DNA of 64,000 nucleotides from Iphione sp. A-MEVVRFRX5 (taxonomy: Eukaryota), in assembly GCA_976226885.1 (NCBI GenBank), contig OZ320323.1, positions 49,042,001-49,106,000 of the forward strand, in the 5' to 3' direction. The notes under the pieces were generated by a model, which made no database searches, was not told where the DNA came from, and was given only the letters and a program-made list of their open reading frames with translations. The position numbers were made by a program, and so were the translations under genes. Shown here one piece after another: positions 62,411 through 64,000 of this stretch (its first letter is position 1; each line of letters starts with the position of its first letter).

Positions 62411-63711
62411 GGGTAGATCAATCAATTACCATTCGGCCTTTCAATACCTGTCGCCGCCTGACAACTCTTTAATGAATTTTACAGACACGTCGAGAGGTCC
62501 TTGGCGAGTTCCAACCACAGTGGAAGAAGTGGTGGCTTTCTCTGTCTGTGGTGGGAGGGGGTTAATGTATGTTTCCAGACCTTTTCAGAGATTTTCAAAT
62601 GAAAATGTTTTTATTCCACGTGTTAAGGTGGTGGCTTCTCTAGTTTCCATTACTAATGCTGGGTTTCAATGAGTATGGGTTTCTTTTTCCATATATGCGA
62701 GGGTCTGGAGTATTAAGCTGATTTTTTAGACCCTTATGGACACTTACGGTCCCCTGTTTTCAATGGATATGGGTTCTGAGAGGGCAGAGGCAGGGGAAGT
62801 GTGTGTGTAAGTGTTTGGATCTGCAGATCTCACTCAGTTCCTGTCAAATCTGTGTAAACTGCATTGTTGTTGTGTGATTCTCATTGAATTAATGTCAAAT
62901 CTATGTAAACTGTTTTTTATGCCAATGAGATGCAAATTGGATATTATTTTGCATCATCTAACATATGTTAGACAGTTTTCTTTAGCCTTGGCCTGATAAT
63001 AATCACCATTTTCATACTACTAGTGTCTCCGAAGCATGGAGAGCAGGTAAACTAAACAAACAATGTTTATTTTGAGTTTCGAGACACTTCCAGACACGAA
63101 ATTCAAAGCCCAGAGCCAATAAACAAGGAAAGTCCTATTCATTGCCATATTTAAAGAGGTTGATTTTGGATGAATTAGTTAAACACTTGTGTTTAAGCTT
63201 AAATCCGTATATTCAAAAGAAACAAGAAGTAAGGACAAAAACAAGAGTGGAAGAGCGGGATGGAAAAATACATAAAATAAACTGAAAAAGGAACCCAGAT
63301 TTTTACTGGGTTATCATTGTTTGGTGGAAAATATCTCATTTTTATTCACTTTTTTGAAAAATTCTACAAAGTGACGGTCATATTTCATTAAAAGAACTGA
63401 ACTGCAGTTTACTGCTAGTACGAATCCATTGTAGCACAGTAACGAAGTTCACTGTGCTAAACAGGTTGTGTTCTTATGTTTATTGTTAAGAAGAATGTTC
63501 ACAGCAGTTTACACTAATTAACAAACATTTGGGTTAATCCAATTAACTGTCAAACGATCATGTCTCTTATTACCAGCGACAGATTCTCGTGGTAGACCTA
63601 AGTTCACCTTTTGACTTCTGTTGGTCACGTTATAGCCACAAGAATGACGTACTGACGCCCTAAGGGTAATTATACAAGCATGCATGTAAAATGTGAGCCA
63701 TAAATTAACCA

Positions 63712-63875
63712 AACTCACTTAAAGACCAACCCACAGGGGAGATCGACTTTGGGGGAAAGACCAAAAGCCTTGAATCGCAAACAGTATTTCTACACTAGAA
63801 ATCAACTTGGAGGAGAGACCAAATCAGGGGACAGATCAACATTGTTCAGTCCTAAGCTTGGCCTCTTGGGTAAGT
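63712..63875. mobile_element. Family A MITE, opposite orientation
   Basis: AACTCACTTAAAGACCAACCCACAGGGGAGATC..GGAGAGACCAAA; matches 20105-20275. Confidence 0.65.
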
Positions 63876-64000
63876 CGTTTCTTTAATCATCTGTGAAAGA
63901 TCATTCCATAACCCAAACCACATGGTGGTTTGCATTCTGTTAGGTAAGTACATTCTCAATACTCTCCTTACTGAAGGAACAAAGGAAAAATATAAGTACC

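Overview
Gene-poor, repeat-rich eukaryotic DNA of roughly 40% GC by eye, with two N-gaps. It is most consistent with a marine invertebrate animal: it has (TTAGGG)n telomere-type repeats, a tRNA-headed SINE, GT-AG splice signals and many TACATGTA octamers. The species cannot be named from sequence alone. I can confidently call no protein-coding gene, rRNA, intact tRNA, CRISPR array or prokaryote-style system; nearly all ORF-track entries are low-complexity or repeat-derived. Well supported features: many non-autonomous DNA transposons (a TA-flanked Tc1/mariner-pogo-like MITE family with about 8 copies, AGGCC-ended MITEs, and a composite GCTGGG-ended element), a solo LTR with a 4-bp TSD (61449-61800), a tRNA-derived SINE (56104-56370), a near-identical 3x509-bp tandem array, several mini- and microsatellites, and an interstitial telomeric tract. 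Leads worth checking: a pri-miRNA-like hairpin (40447-40559) between a CRE/ETS promoter and an NF-kB/CRE cluster; an indel-free 11-bp array of DR5-spaced AGGTCA half-sites (4711-4938); many promoter-like motif islands without obvious genes; and a few orphan exon candidates around 18.3, 40-50 and 58-60 kb. These are hypotheses, not calls. Coordinates were counted by hand, and the edges of degenerate repeats are approximate.
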